A DNA stretch of 64,000 nucleotides, taken from positions 30,442,001-30,506,000 of the forward strand of contig NC_043004.1 of the NCBI RefSeq assembly GCF_006345805.1, given 5' to 3'. The notes under the pieces were generated by a model. It searched no databases, was not told where the DNA came from, and worked only from the letters and a program-made list of their open reading frames with translations. The position numbers and the translations under genes were made by a program. Each line of letters begins with the position of its first letter. Position 1 is the stretch's first letter. Source of the stretch: Octopus sinensis. Taxonomy: Eukaryota. Of this stretch, positions 1 through 11,899 are shown piece after piece.

Positions 1-72
1 GAAGCCTCTCGGTGGGATTAAACCCAAGATTTCACAGTTGCAAAGCAAACTTCTTAACCATTTGGCCATACT
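1..72 (-). mobile_element. Degenerate tRNA-derived SINE head (partial, at window edge)
   Basis: Reverse complement resembles the TGGxxAAxTGGTTAAG...GGTTxAATCC head of the SINE copies elsewhere in the window. Confidence 0.45.
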
Positions 73-432
73 GCTCCAACACACACACATTCACGTGTGT
101 GTGTGTGTGTGTGTGTGTGTACACATGCATATTTATAATGGTGTGTCTTCTCTTTCACACTGTTGATCTAAGTGACATGGTATTTATACCTCTCAGAAAT
201 AAAGAGTCTGGCATCTTATATATATATATATATATATTTCTTTTTTTTTCCACATGTATAACCATACTATCAAATTACCTTTGGAGATGGAATTAACAGG
301 TGGTAGTGAACAGAGGATCATAGGAGCTTTTAAAAGTGCATTATGAGGCTTTTGCTCAAACAAAATTAAATGGATATCTGTATGTGTGTGTGTGTGTATA
401 TATATATATATTATATATATATATATATATAC

Positions 433-469
<37 letters not shown>

Positions 470-1019
470 TAGATAGATAGATAGATCGGTAGGTAGACAG
501 ATATTTATTCATTTATGTATATGTCTCTATATATCCATCTAGCTCAATGTATATATTTGTGTGTGTAAGTGTGTATATATACTCTCTCATACATGTACAT
601 GTATAAAGAGTGATACAGAGAAAGCGAAGTAAAGAGTCTTATTATAGACATTTACACAAATACATACATAGAATGATGGATAAACTCTATAGATACATAT
701 ACAGACAGTGACAGAAGCGGATCTAGAAACCGTTGGACTGACAAATGGAAAATTGTATAGAATAGATTGAAAGAGAAAATAAATGTTTCATGTTTATCAC
801 AAAACATGTACAGTTTAATGGACTGATGGCCAAACAGACTGATTGTGCGGTGTCTCTCAGGCTTAATTTACCTGGTTAATAATGTGATGGAAAGAGAGAT
901 ACATGGTGCTCTATTGAAAAAAGCATACAACTGCCTATATTGACAGAGAAGTTGAGAGGAATCGATTAGTCAATGTTGATTATGATCACAGTATCTACCT
1001 ATCACCATATATATTTAAT

Positions 1020-1058
<39 letters not shown>

Positions 1059-1100
1059 GTTGAACGATGAGAATGTTGAACAGTGTTGAGTACATATATA

Positions 1101-1155
<55 letters not shown>

Positions 1156-1509
1156 AAAATAAGGAAAGGTAGAAAATGCCAAAATAATTTTATCATGAAA
1201 TACATATTGAAACAGTTATGTACTGTTAGTACTGGTTTCAGTCTTTTCGACTTTTTCAGCTAAGAGTGCAACAAAGGTGGATATTAATCAAGTAGAAAAA
1301 CAATTAAATTGAAGAAAAAAATTAAATGAAATATTTTGTAAGTGTTTCCATGTTCTTCAAATAAGTAGGACATTTTCATTTTTTCTGTTTCTCTCTCTCT
1401 TTTTACCTTTGTGAAGGCTCAGTAGGTAGTAGCAGATTTGAAAAAATAGTGTTTATGAGTGCAGAGAAATATTTGGTTCTGAAGTTTGATGGTAGAGCAG
1501 CAGCAGCAG

Positions 1510-2060
1510 CAGAATAATAATAATAAGAAGATTGGTGTAGACTTTTTAGTCTACACCAAAAGTTTGCAAAATTTGGGTATTTTAGCCAATCAGGAGCAAG
1601 TATTTTACACATCACTGTGAAGTTCTGTTAGCATAGTAAGCAACAAAGCACCAAGAGTTCCATAGCTGATCGCGAAGAACTCTGTTTCCATAGTAACCAA
1701 AAATATTGCACATGCACACAAAGAGTATAGCCACCACATGATCTATAATTGCTTGTTTCCATAAGAGTAGGAATTCGATTCAAGAACGTTTTTCACTGTT
1801 TACTGTAGCTAGTTTAATGTTTTGACATGCTGGTGTCCCCACTCTTTCACGCTATTGTGATAGGTGATGGAAGAGGCAGTGAACATGCTGTTTTCTGATT
1901 GGCTGAAAATTCTGAAAATTATCAAACTTTGAACACCTATATCAGTTTCGCTAAAATTTTTCTGAAATAAATTAATAGCAAATTTGGATTCAGCATCAAA
2001 AATTAAAAATTTAAAAAAAATTTTGACATGCAGTGAAAAAAATCACAAAGATCCAACCAA
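1510..2060. mobile_element. Probable non-autonomous Helentron-like (HINE) element
   Basis: Perfect 12-bp hairpin TTGGTGTAGACT-TTTT-AGTCTACACCAA (1532-1559) next to an (AAT)n/AAGAAG tract; non-coding body. Family assignment and right boundary are inferred. Confidence 0.35.
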
Positions 2061-2061
2061 T

Positions 2062-2893
2062 ATATTGCTTTTGATATCCTGAACAAGTTAACACATATAT
2101 CAGGAAAATGGAATGCTCCCACACTGCTATAGAGAAGCATCTTCACTTGAAGGGAAAGGTTCAGAAGTATGGAGTGACAGCAACAAAAATCAATGAGTCA
2201 CAATTTCCGCTGGTTTGCTTGCTCGTCACCGCTCGACTCATGGATAGAAGCAATGATTTCTTTACCGAATCGTTACTGGCGACAGAAAATGGTGCCTGTA
2301 CATTGATATGAAGCAGCATAAGGAATGGCTTAGCCCCGGTAAACAAGCAACACCGAGCGTGAGACAAGATCTTCATCCGTGTAAAACGATGTTGTGCATA
2401 TGGTGGGACTGGGAAGGGATTATCAATTATGAATCGCTTGAATGGAACCAACAAATGGAACGACTCAACACGGTTATTCGAGAGAAAAGACCTAATTGGC
2501 AGCATGGAGTTCTTCTGCTGCACGACAATGCCCACCCTCATATCGCCAATATGACCAAGGAAGCCATTCAAATGTATGGCTGGGAAGTGCTGCCATACTC
2601 GCCATACTCTCCTGATTTGGCACTAGCAGATTTCCTCCTCTTTCGATCTCTTTCAAATGCTATGCACAGAATTTTGTTCAATATTGATGCAGAATTCAGA
2701 GCTTGGGTGGATCAGTTTTTCGAGTCGAAATCAGGTAATTTCTACAAACAAGGTATTGAAAATCTTGTTGAACGTTGGGAAGAAGTTGTAAACAACAAGG
2801 GTGAATACATTACTGATTAATTAGTTATCTTTTATCAAACCTTTTAAAAAATTTTAATTTTGAAAAACGGCAGGAACTTAGTTGCCAACCTAA
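2062..2893 (+). mobile_element. Mariner (DD34D) transposon relic, 5' truncated
   Basis: ORF 2308-2820 has LLHDNAHPH...PYSPDLALAD with D-34-D spacing; right TIR AAAAACGGCAGGAACTTAGTTGCCAACCTAA followed by TA. Confidence 0.9.
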
Positions 2894-2983
2894 TATTTCA
2901 TGATAACATTATTTTAGCATTTTTTTACCTTGTTTTATTTTCCTTATACATATCAACTTGTGTGTTACTTTTCAATCTTCTAC

Positions 2984-3049
<66 letters not shown>

Positions 3050-3050
<1 letters not shown>

Positions 3051-3262
3051 TTAGGGAATAAATCCAACAGGGAAAAAATGAGATTTAGGATTAAATCCAA
3101 TTTTATAGTATAAATATATTATATTATATTATATTATATTAAATTAGAGATAAAACCACTATTAGGCAAATCAAACAGTGAAAAACATAAGCCAATACAT
3201 AAAATTAATTTTGGCTTATGTTTTTCACTGTTTGATTTGCCTAATAGTCGTTTTATCTCTAA

Positions 3263-3271
<9 letters not shown>
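3050..3271. mobile_element. AT-rich repeat terminus (probable Penelope-like) with fold-back duplication
   Basis: Homologous to 40500-40610; last 61 bp duplicated in inverted orientation (3135-3195 / 3211-3271); flanked by (TA)n and (TAA)n. Confidence 0.55.
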
Positions 3272-3316
<45 letters not shown>

Positions 3317-3382
3317 ACGTATGTATGTATGTATGTATGTATGTATGTATGTATGTTTGTATGTATGTATATAATCATGATG

Positions 3383-4250
3383 ATGGTCAATGCAGGAACT
3401 GGGGATAAACGAGTGGTTGGTAAGAGCTGTACAAGCCCTGTACAGGGATGCTGTCAGTAAGTTGAGGGTTGGCAACGAGTATAGTGAATAATTCCGGGTA
3501 GAAGTAGAGGTTCATCAAGGATCAGTCCTCAAACCCCCTCTTATTCATTATAATCCTCCAAGCAATAACAGAGGAATTCAAGACAGGCTGCCCCTGGGAG
3601 CTCCGCTGTGCTGATGACCTTGCTCTAATAGCTGAGTCACTGCCAGAACTAGAGATAAAACTTAGGGTGTGGAAGCAAAGCCTAGAATCGAAGGGCTTTA
3701 GGGGTAAACTAGCAAAAGTAGGAAGGCTGACAAATCACAAATCCCTTCAGCTAGATAGCCCTGTTTGATCTGTAGAAAAAGCATGGGTGGAAACTCCATA
3801 CGATGTACCCAATGTAAGCTATGGACATATAAAAGGTGCAGCAATATCAAAGGAAGGTTAACTGGGAAGATAGTTTTTGTGTGTAGCAGATGCACAGGGG
3901 CAAAAAACACTGAAGATGTACAGAAAACAGATTCCATCAAATGCTGGGGGAAAACTAGAAGTTGTTAAAAGCTTCCGCTACCTAGGCAACCATGCTGGTG
4001 GCACGTAAAAAGCACTAACCAAACATGATTGATGCCAGGACTGCCTGACTACCTCCTGTGCCGGTGGCATGTAAAAAACACTCACTACACTCTTGGTGTG
4101 GTTGGTGTTGGGGAGAGCATCCAGCTGTAGAAATATTGCCAGATCAGATTGGAGCCTGGTGCAGCCACTGGCTCTTCAGACCTCAGTCAAACTGTCCAAC
4201 CCATGCCAACATGGAAAACGGACGTTAAACGATGATGATGATGATGATGA
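3383..4250 (+). mobile_element. RTE-type LINE fragment: RT core, PHD-like finger and 3' tail
   Basis: Disrupted translation VHQGSVL..LLFII...CADDLALIAES; Cys-rich finger at 3761-3893; 3' UTR ending in (GAT)n. Confidence 0.85.
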
Positions 4251-4345
4251 TATATGTACAGTTTGATGATATGTATGTATATATATATATGAATATGAAT
4301 ATTATATATATACACAAATGAGCAAACAAATGAAAGTAGTATGCC

Positions 4346-4628
4346 CAAGGGCATATGGTGTAGTAGTTAAAAGTGTGGGCTACTAACCCCAAGATTCTGA
4401 ATTCGACTCCAAGCAGTTACCTGAATAATAACAATGATAATAATAATAATAATAACAATAATAATAATAATAATAATAACATCGAAAAATACCTTAGGAA
4501 TTAGAACACAGGTTCGAAATTTCCCCAAGATACCTGATGAAGGCTGGAGGATATATCAGCTGAAACATTGTGTTAACAACTAACAAGATGAGGACAAATA
4601 TCCGTCAATTGTAAATAATGTACATAAT
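4346..4628 (+). mobile_element. tRNA-headed SINE-like element with (AAT)n linker and hammerhead-containing tail
   Basis: A-box-like TGGTGTAGTAG (4356-4366), B-box-like GAATTCGACTCC (4399-4410), (AAT)n, then a tail homologous to 7497-7670 on the minus strand. Confidence 0.7.
4528..4575 (+). ncRNA. Minimal type I hammerhead ribozyme-like motif (decayed)
   Basis: GATAC-CTGATGA-A-GGCTG(loop)CAGCT-GAA-ACAT-T-GTGTT; deviations from an intact core are CpG-type transitions. Confidence 0.6.
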
Positions 4629-5199
4629 GTGGTATTCACATATTTGGAAGTGTTACATATATTTTTAATAACAGTTTGACTTGGCTCCATATTTAATGTT
4701 TCATTCATCTATCCTATGCAATGCACCCATAAAAATCATATTAAACAGTGTCAAACTGTTAGTCAATACACACATACATGCATGTATGTATGTATGTATG
4801 TATGTATGTTCTCTTTCTCTTTTTAATTTAGAGTAAATTTTGAATGATCTCCAACCTGGTAGCATGGTTGTGAAGGAAAGTATCTTGTTTTAACCATCAT
4901 CCTATAAATCTTAAGAAGGTGTTGCAGACATTTATAGTTTTAGATGAGAATGAATAGGAGGCAGAGAGGCAAGCAGAGTGCATGAGGTGAGTGAGAGATG
5001 TATGGAGGTGGAGGAAGAGAGATAACTTGGTGACTCAGTCAGGGTGGGGAAAGTTATCAATGAAATTTTAAATTAAGGATGAATAACAAGGGAAATGGTG
5101 TCAGGTAGTGAGAAAAGTATAAGAAATCAAGGAAGAGTAGCAGTTAAAGAGATGATAAGTGGTGGCAGTTTCTTGAGGAGAGAGGGAATTGTGTGAAGG

Positions 5200-5640
5200 A
5201 CCCAGTTTGAGCAGTGGTGGGCAAGTCTTCTCAAGAATCACATGTCTGTTCATCCCAATCTTTTGTCATCGCCTCTGTGAGGCTCAACATCTTGAGATCA
5301 ACCTTCATCACTTTGTCCCATGCTCTTCAGGACTCAATATTCCACAAGTTCCATCCACTTTAACTGATCATCACTTCATCCATACATGCCATATGGCCAT
5401 GCCAGTACAGGCGCCTTCTTGCACACATCTGATTCCCTTTATACTTAGTTGTTTTTTCTTTCCAACAAATTTGTACTGTATCATTCAGGCATACTGTACA
5501 AGCATGCTCCTTCATTTCTTTCTGCATTCAAAGTCCATATGTCACTACCATGCAGCATTGTAGTCCTAACACAAGCCTCAAACAATCTGCTCATCACTTT
5601 GATGAGGAAAGAGCAATCAGCACTAAGAATGCATGAAAAA
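5200..5640 (-). mobile_element. Degenerate RTE-type LINE 3' coding fragment
   Basis: Reverse strand resembles the RTE C-terminal region also seen at 5790-6260 and 8440-8880. Confidence 0.5.
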
Positions 5641-5789
5641 TAGATTTTCTCAAGTGCCCAGTAGAATCTTTAGAGGCCTAAGTGGCCTAATTGGCATTGG
5701 AGAAAATTGCTCTGAAAATATAGTTGCTAGAATAAGAACTTGATGGAGAAAGTTCAGAAAACTCTTACTTTTGTTGGTAACAAATATCC

Positions 5790-6260
5790 TTTCTCTCTTT
5801 CAGAGCGAAAGGCAGTTTGTATATGTGAGAATGAACAGTAATGCAACATGGCAGTGAGACATGAGTCATGAATGCAGAGGACATGCAAGGACAAGAAAGA
5901 AATGGGGCTTGCATATTCTGCTGGATATGCAACATCAGTGTGCATGTTCAACAAAATGCAATTGGGTATAAATGGAATTAGATTTAGTATGCAAAAGAGA
6001 ATTCTACTTTGGTATGACCATGTGATGTGCTTCGATGAAAACAACTGCCTAAAGAAGTACTGCTCAATGAAAGTGGATGGAAACTGTGGAAGAGAGAGAG
6101 AGATCCAGTGAGATGCAAGAAAAAGTAATGAAACTGACCTCCACAGAGGGGATGACAAAAATCAACATGATTGATAATTTGCTGCACTTGGAAAGACCTT
6201 GGCAAAAATAAGGCCTGAAACATCATATTGTTTACATCTATGCCTTTGCACCAAATCTGC
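5790..6260 (+). mobile_element. Degenerate RTE-type LINE 3' fragment
   Basis: Remnant QKRILLWYDHVMCFDENNCLKKYCSMKVDGNCGR, typical of the post-RT region of RTE elements. Confidence 0.6.
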
Positions 6261-7019
6261 ATCATGTTCATCTTCCTAACATCCATCTGTGTATCACTCT
6301 TCTAACTATGGCACAATACATTCAGCTGCTGTAATTATATAAAAGCTGAACTGCACGTATTTCATCCCTTTCTGCTATCAATAATCCTCCTTTGAACTAC
6401 TTCCATTGTCATCATTCCTACATCCTCACTATCATCTAATTCCCACTTTGTGTGGAGGGGTGTGCATGTGCACATGTGTGTGTGTGTGTGTGTGCCTGCA
6501 CGTGCACTTATATATGTATCATCATCATTATCATCATCTTTTAACATCCACTTTTCCATGCCTGCATGGTTCACATTGAATTTGTTAAGTCAAATTTTCT
6601 ATGGCCAAATGCCATTCTTATTCCCAACCCACATGTTTCCCCAAAACGTATTATTTCATCATAGAACACAAGAAATGTATAAGGTAGCTTGTATGACAGT
6701 AACATTTGTTTACAATTATTGTGAGATGTCAAGACAAAGGAACAAAAACTAACATACACCAACACCAACACACACACAAATGCTCATGTATATATATATA
6801 TATATTGCTGACTCCAGCGATGTAACTATACACATGTTGCTGCCGATTCCCATTTCTTCTTTCTTTCGGGTTTTCCCATTCTAGTTCCAACAAAGAGCTC
6901 TGCTCAAAACATCAAGAACTCTCTCTTTTTATTGAGTGTCAAACTAATACATTCCTTGTGCGCGTCCGCTTCTTGTCTGTTATTGTTAATTCTATTGTTT
7001 ATTTAATTGAACTGACTAT

Positions 7020-7051
<32 letters not shown>

Positions 7052-7109
7052 ACACCATACATACATACATACATACATACATACATACATACATACATAC
7101 ATACATACA

Positions 7110-7270
7110 TACATACACAAGCATACAATGGGCTTCTTTCAATTTCTGTCTATCACATCCATTAACACAGTTTATTTGACTCAAGGCAATAATAGTAAAA
7201 AATATCCGTCCAATATTGAAGTGAAAGTCACATGACTGGGAAGTGAACTTCTTAACCTTGCAGTCATGCG
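7110..7270 (-). mobile_element. CORE-type SINE, degenerate 5' half
   Basis: GGGCTTCTTTCAATTTCTGTCTATC... matches the reverse complement of the abundant SINE at 30902. Confidence 0.6.
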
Positions 7271-7276
7271 TATATA

Positions 7277-7493
7277 TGAAGGGGTGCTGAAAAGTTCCAG
7301 GCTTCAAGGATATTATGAAAGGTCTGGTTGGAGGCCCAAACTTCTGACTTCTTTTACAAGGCTTAGAAAAGCTGAAGTACTACTGCAATAAGTGTGTGAA
7401 TCTGAGAGAAGAATATCATGAATAAAATCATAATTAACTGATCCGCCTGTATTTTCTTTTACCCAAAACCAGGAACTTTTCAACATACCCTCG
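7277..7493. mobile_element. Mariner-derived MITE
   Basis: ~27-bp imperfect TIRs (GGGGTGCTGAAAAGTTCCAGG / CCAGGAACTTTTCAACATACCCTCG); TA on both sides; second copy at 57623-57843. Confidence 0.85.
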
Positions 7494-7496
7494 TAT

Positions 7497-7670
7497 ACAG
7501 CTCTATATTTAAGAGATGTAGGATTATGTACATTATTTAAATTTGACGGATATTTGTCCTCATTTTTCTTGTTGTTAAAACAACATTTCGACTGATATAC
7601 CCTCCAGCCTTCATCAGGTGTCTTGAGGAAATTTCAAACCTGGGCTCTCGTCCCTAAGGTATTTTTCGAA

Positions 7671-7720
<50 letters not shown>

Positions 7721-7750
7721 CATTATTATTATTATTATCATTATTATTAA

Positions 7751-7781
<31 letters not shown>
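7497..7781 (-). mobile_element. Second copy of the hammerhead-tail element, without the tRNA head
   Basis: Reverse complement aligns with 4480-4628 and is preceded by (TAA)n. Confidence 0.7.
7577..7622 (-). ncRNA. Minimal type I hammerhead ribozyme-like motif (decayed)
   Basis: Minus strand GACAC-CTGATGA-A-GGCTG-gagggtatat-CAGTC-GAA-ATGT-T-GTTTT. Confidence 0.6.
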
Positions 7782-7784
7782 TGA

Positions 7785-8880
7785 GAGAACAAAACAATGC
7801 TTCAGAGAGAATCAAGATATTATTGGTGAGAAGTTCATTTGGATAGATAATGGTACACTTTCACTAGATGATTCTGAAAAGAAAGTAGCATGTGCTACTA
7901 TGAGAAGCTATAAAACATAGAGAATGCATAGGAGAAAAAGGGTCTCCCAAATGTGAACCTAAAAGATGCACCACCTATTCTAATTGACAGTAGTATGATA
8001 GATAAATCAATTAAGGATATGAAGTTAGGGAATTACGGCTTGAGATGCTTGAAATATCTGGTGACATAGAATACAGCTTGGTCACTTGTATAGTCAATCA
8101 TATTGTATCTATGAATGGTACAACAGCTTCATCGTCAACTACTACAAGGATAAAGGAGATGCCTTAGATATGAGTTATTGCAGGTGTAACAAATTACCAG
8201 GCCATGAAAATTACAGAAAGAATCATAGCTCAATTAATTAGAAAGAGAGTTAGCCTAGTAGAGAAACAGTTCAGTTTTGTGCCAGGAAGCAATACTTCTG
8301 ATGCCCACTTTCTAGTAAGGCAACTAGAGAAATAGTATTCAGCTAAAAGTAATTTTCTGTACTTAGTATTCCTTGTCATAATGGAAAGTTTCTCTCAGAA
8401 TGAAAGACAGATTGTATGATGCTTGTGTACAAACTTCAATACTACAAGGTAGTGAGACATGTGCTTTGAATGCAAAGGACATGCAAAGGCTTGAAAGAAA
8501 TGAAGTTAGCATGTTTTACTAGATGTGCAATGTCAGTGTGTATAAATGTTGGCAGTGTGTATAAATGTTGTTGAGAGAAAAGCTGAGTTATAAAAGGAAT
8601 CAGATGTAAAGTGCTAGAGAGGAGACTTTATTAGTATGGGTATGTGATGCATATTGATGAGAGCATGAAGAAGCGCTGATGGCTTATTGTGGATGGAACC
8701 TGTAGAAAAAGAAGACTCAGGAAGATGTGGGATAAAGTAGTGAAGGTGGATCTCAAAATGCTGAGTCTCATGGAGGAGATGACAAAGCACTGAGATGATT
8801 GGCAATAGGTGGTGCTCTGGAACACACCTACCATGGCAAACTATGATTCTAAAGGTATTATGTGTATGCACACAAGTGGT
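7785..8880 (+). mobile_element. Degenerate RTE-type LINE (RT N-terminal part plus 3' region, internally deleted)
   Basis: Remnants such as YKDKGDALD..YCRC and EKQFSFVPGSNTSDA.FLVRQLE, then 3' region similar to 5790-6260. Confidence 0.7.
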
Positions 8881-8944
8881 TTTCTCAGTCAATATGTCCC
8901 TGTACCTCTTCATTTCCCTATCACTCATCTCTTTATCATACATC

Positions 8945-9770
8945 TCCCTTACTGCATTATTCTGCTTTAATTAAATAGAAAGCAGAACTATCCCTTTCTG
9001 TCATCCTCTTCTTTGAACCACTTCCTTTTGATATCCATTCTTTATTCTAAACACCATTCTGCCTATTCATATTTTCCATTTCCTACCCTTTCTGTGCTGC
9101 CAATCACCACTCCACCTTCATTGTGGCACCTCTTTGTGATTGTGACACCTATACATTATTCTTAACAGTCTCAGATCTTCTACTGACCATCTTGCCTCCT
9201 GCCATTGCTACATTCATATTGAAGCACTGCTGACCACCTCTAACTCTAAACTATACCTCCATCACTCTCACTTCAAATCTTGTAACCTTTAACCACCCAC
9301 CCATCTCCATCCATCATCTCCTTACCTCCCACCCGTTCCTTATTTACTGTCATAATCTCCTGTTCTTCCCTTTCTGGACTGCTAGTCATCATTTCCTTTC
9401 TACCCTAAGCAACTTCTATTAACAACCAGTCTTTGTTCTTATCATCTTCCTCCTTACTCATATTTACTATTGACTGCTCTCCACTCTTACAAACTTTACC
9501 CATCTATCTTCCCTAATCTTCTCCATCCACACAATTCCACTCACTTTCATGTACCTTGATGCCTTGTCTAAGATATTGTCACCACAATCTTTATCTCTTG
9601 TTTCATCTCCACTGCATTTACTTACTGCAACTCACTTTTATATTCTGTGGAGTTGCTATGTATCTCCTTTAGAACAACAAACCATTTCCTGCTCCTTCTT
9701 CTATTCCTTAAACTCTCATCACTGTGTATAAAGCTACCTTCCACTCTACAATGCATCCATCAGACAAAGG
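8945..9770. repeat. Pyrimidine-rich degenerate interspersed repeat
   Basis: Strong C/T strand bias; similar purine-rich (reverse) tracts at ~4930-5190 and ~49490-50000. Confidence 0.4.
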
Positions 9771-10013
9771 TGCTCTATGTTTTTGTGGGATGCATGGTAG
9801 TCTCAGAAATATAACACCCTGCACACTCTGTAAAGTGGTTGGCATCAGAAAAAGCATTCATCTGTAGAAACCATACTAAAACTAAGACATTAGAACAAGA
9901 TGTGGTCCTCTGACCTGTTGGATCCTGTTGAACCGTCTAACCTATGTCAGCTTGGAAAAATAAAGGCAAAATGATAATAAGCACACAAACGCACACATGC
10001 ATACATGCTCATG

Positions 10014-10044
<31 letters not shown>

Positions 10045-10129
10045 ACAGATACATATGTGTGTATGTGTGTGTATATATATATACATATATATATCTGTGT
10101 ATATATAAACACACACACACATATATATA

Positions 10130-10843
10130 TAGGGTGCAATGGGTAAATTGTCACCATTTTATATTTTAAATTTCACACATGCTCATTGCTTGTTTTTGAT
10201 TTTGTCAACTACACAGTATAGTAGGATCAGTTGGGCACTGTCTGTGAGAAAAACAACACCATGATGCAATTCATTCTGCCAGAAATTAGGAAAGATGCTG
10301 TACTGCTTGGTATTCATGCTGATAGCTCCAATACAAACATTTCAGAGTGTTTGGGTGTCAATCTGAGGACAGTGCAACCTGAGGACATGTACCGAGAGTG
10401 ATAAAAATCAAACATCCAGTCAACATCATCGTGTTTGGAATGATCACTAGTGATGGCGATGGTATGCCTCCATTCACCTTCCTACATGGCCTCAGACTCA
10501 ACACAGAGGCCTAGATCAAGTGCCTGAAGGAGGTAGTGCTGTCCTGGGTCAAGAGGGTGGCTGCTGGAAGACCCTGTGTCTGGCAACAAGATTCTGCACC
10601 ATGCTACACAAGCAGGAGAACTCATTCATGGCTGTCAGACAATTTCTGCAACCACGTCACCTCTAACATCTGGTCACCTAACTCGCCAGACTGCAACCCC
10701 ATTTGATTATTATGTGTGGGGCACAGTTGAGCGAGAGACCAACAAAATTCCTTTGTAACACCAAAGATGAACTGAAGGCAAGGATTATGGCAGCATTGAC
10801 CAACTTAAACAAGAAGAGTTGCAGGAGATTCTGAAGTCGCCCA
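10130..10843 (+). mobile_element. maT/DD37D transposon relic
   Basis: Left TIR AGGGTGCAATGGGTAAATTGTC; WQQDSAPCY...WSPNSPDCNPFDYYVWG gives D-37-D; same family at 42643-43477. Confidence 0.85.
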
Positions 10844-10984
10844 GAGTCCCAGAACAACTGTCAGGTATCTCCACAAACTTGGCTACTATGACAGAGCAGC
10901 AAGAAGGAAGCCACGCATTCGACCAGCCAATATCAAGCAGAGAAAAGATTGAGCCAGTGAGATGGTGGAAAGGCCACTAGTATT

Positions 10985-11683
10985 TTGAGACATTGTCATA
11001 TTCTCTGATGGGTCCAGATTTGCTGTATTTTCTGACAGTGATAAAGTGTGGGCCTGGAGATTCTGTGATCAAGAATTTGACGTGAAAAGATTGCAGCCAA
11101 CAATGAAACATGGCAGCTATTCTGTGATGGTCTGGGGAGCAATTTGGAGCAATGGTTGAACAGATCTGGTGGAGTGTAAGGGGAAACATAAGCTCAGATA
11201 AATATGTATCCATATTACAGAGAGGACTCCTTCCAGTTTTCTCCTGTGGTGAAATAATTAAAGAAGACTCTTTATTTATGGAAGATAGGACTCTTCGTCA
11301 CACAGCTAAAAAGACTCAAGATTAGCTGGAAGAGAATGGCATTAAAAAGCTTCCAAGGCTAAGCCAATCACCAGATATGAACCCTATTGAACACCCCTTG
11401 GGCATAATGGACAGGACACTTCATAAAAAGAATGAGAAAGCATTCTCAAAGCAAGATCTCTTGAGATTACTGCATGAGATTTAGCAAGAAATTCCTCAAG
11501 AGAATATTCATCATCTGATCAGTAGCATGCCTAATAGGGTCCTTGCATTGAAAAATACAAAGGGCACATCTACTATATGTTAGATATTCATGTTATAGTA
11601 ATTAATAAATAATTCGAAAATATATTTTCAGGTTTAAATAAATTTTAGCAATTATAAGGGTGTCTATTTGCTTCTGTCATGTG
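10985..11683 (+). mobile_element. Tc1-like (DD34E) transposon relic
   Basis: [16 protein letters not shown]...FMED...SQSPDMNPIE with D-34-E spacing; in-frame stops. Confidence 0.8.
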
Positions 11684-11707
11684 TGTGTGTGTGTGTAAAT
11701 TTATACG

Positions 11708-11738
<31 letters not shown>

Positions 11739-11744
11739 CACACA

Positions 11745-11775
<31 letters not shown>

Positions 11776-11899
11776 CATGCATTGTTAGAAGGAAAAAGAT
11801 TGTGTTTGTATTAGAAAATCACAGAAAAATCTATCCAGGAAGGAGCTGCTTTGCATGGCTATTATAGCATTACAACTGAATACTAAAACTGCAGACCAA

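Noticed and set aside
301-943. Short phase-1 'alternative terminal exons' (301, 861, 14939, 19893, 54130, 59491)
   Set aside because: Any AG followed by a nearby stop gives such peptides; no shared homology or independent support
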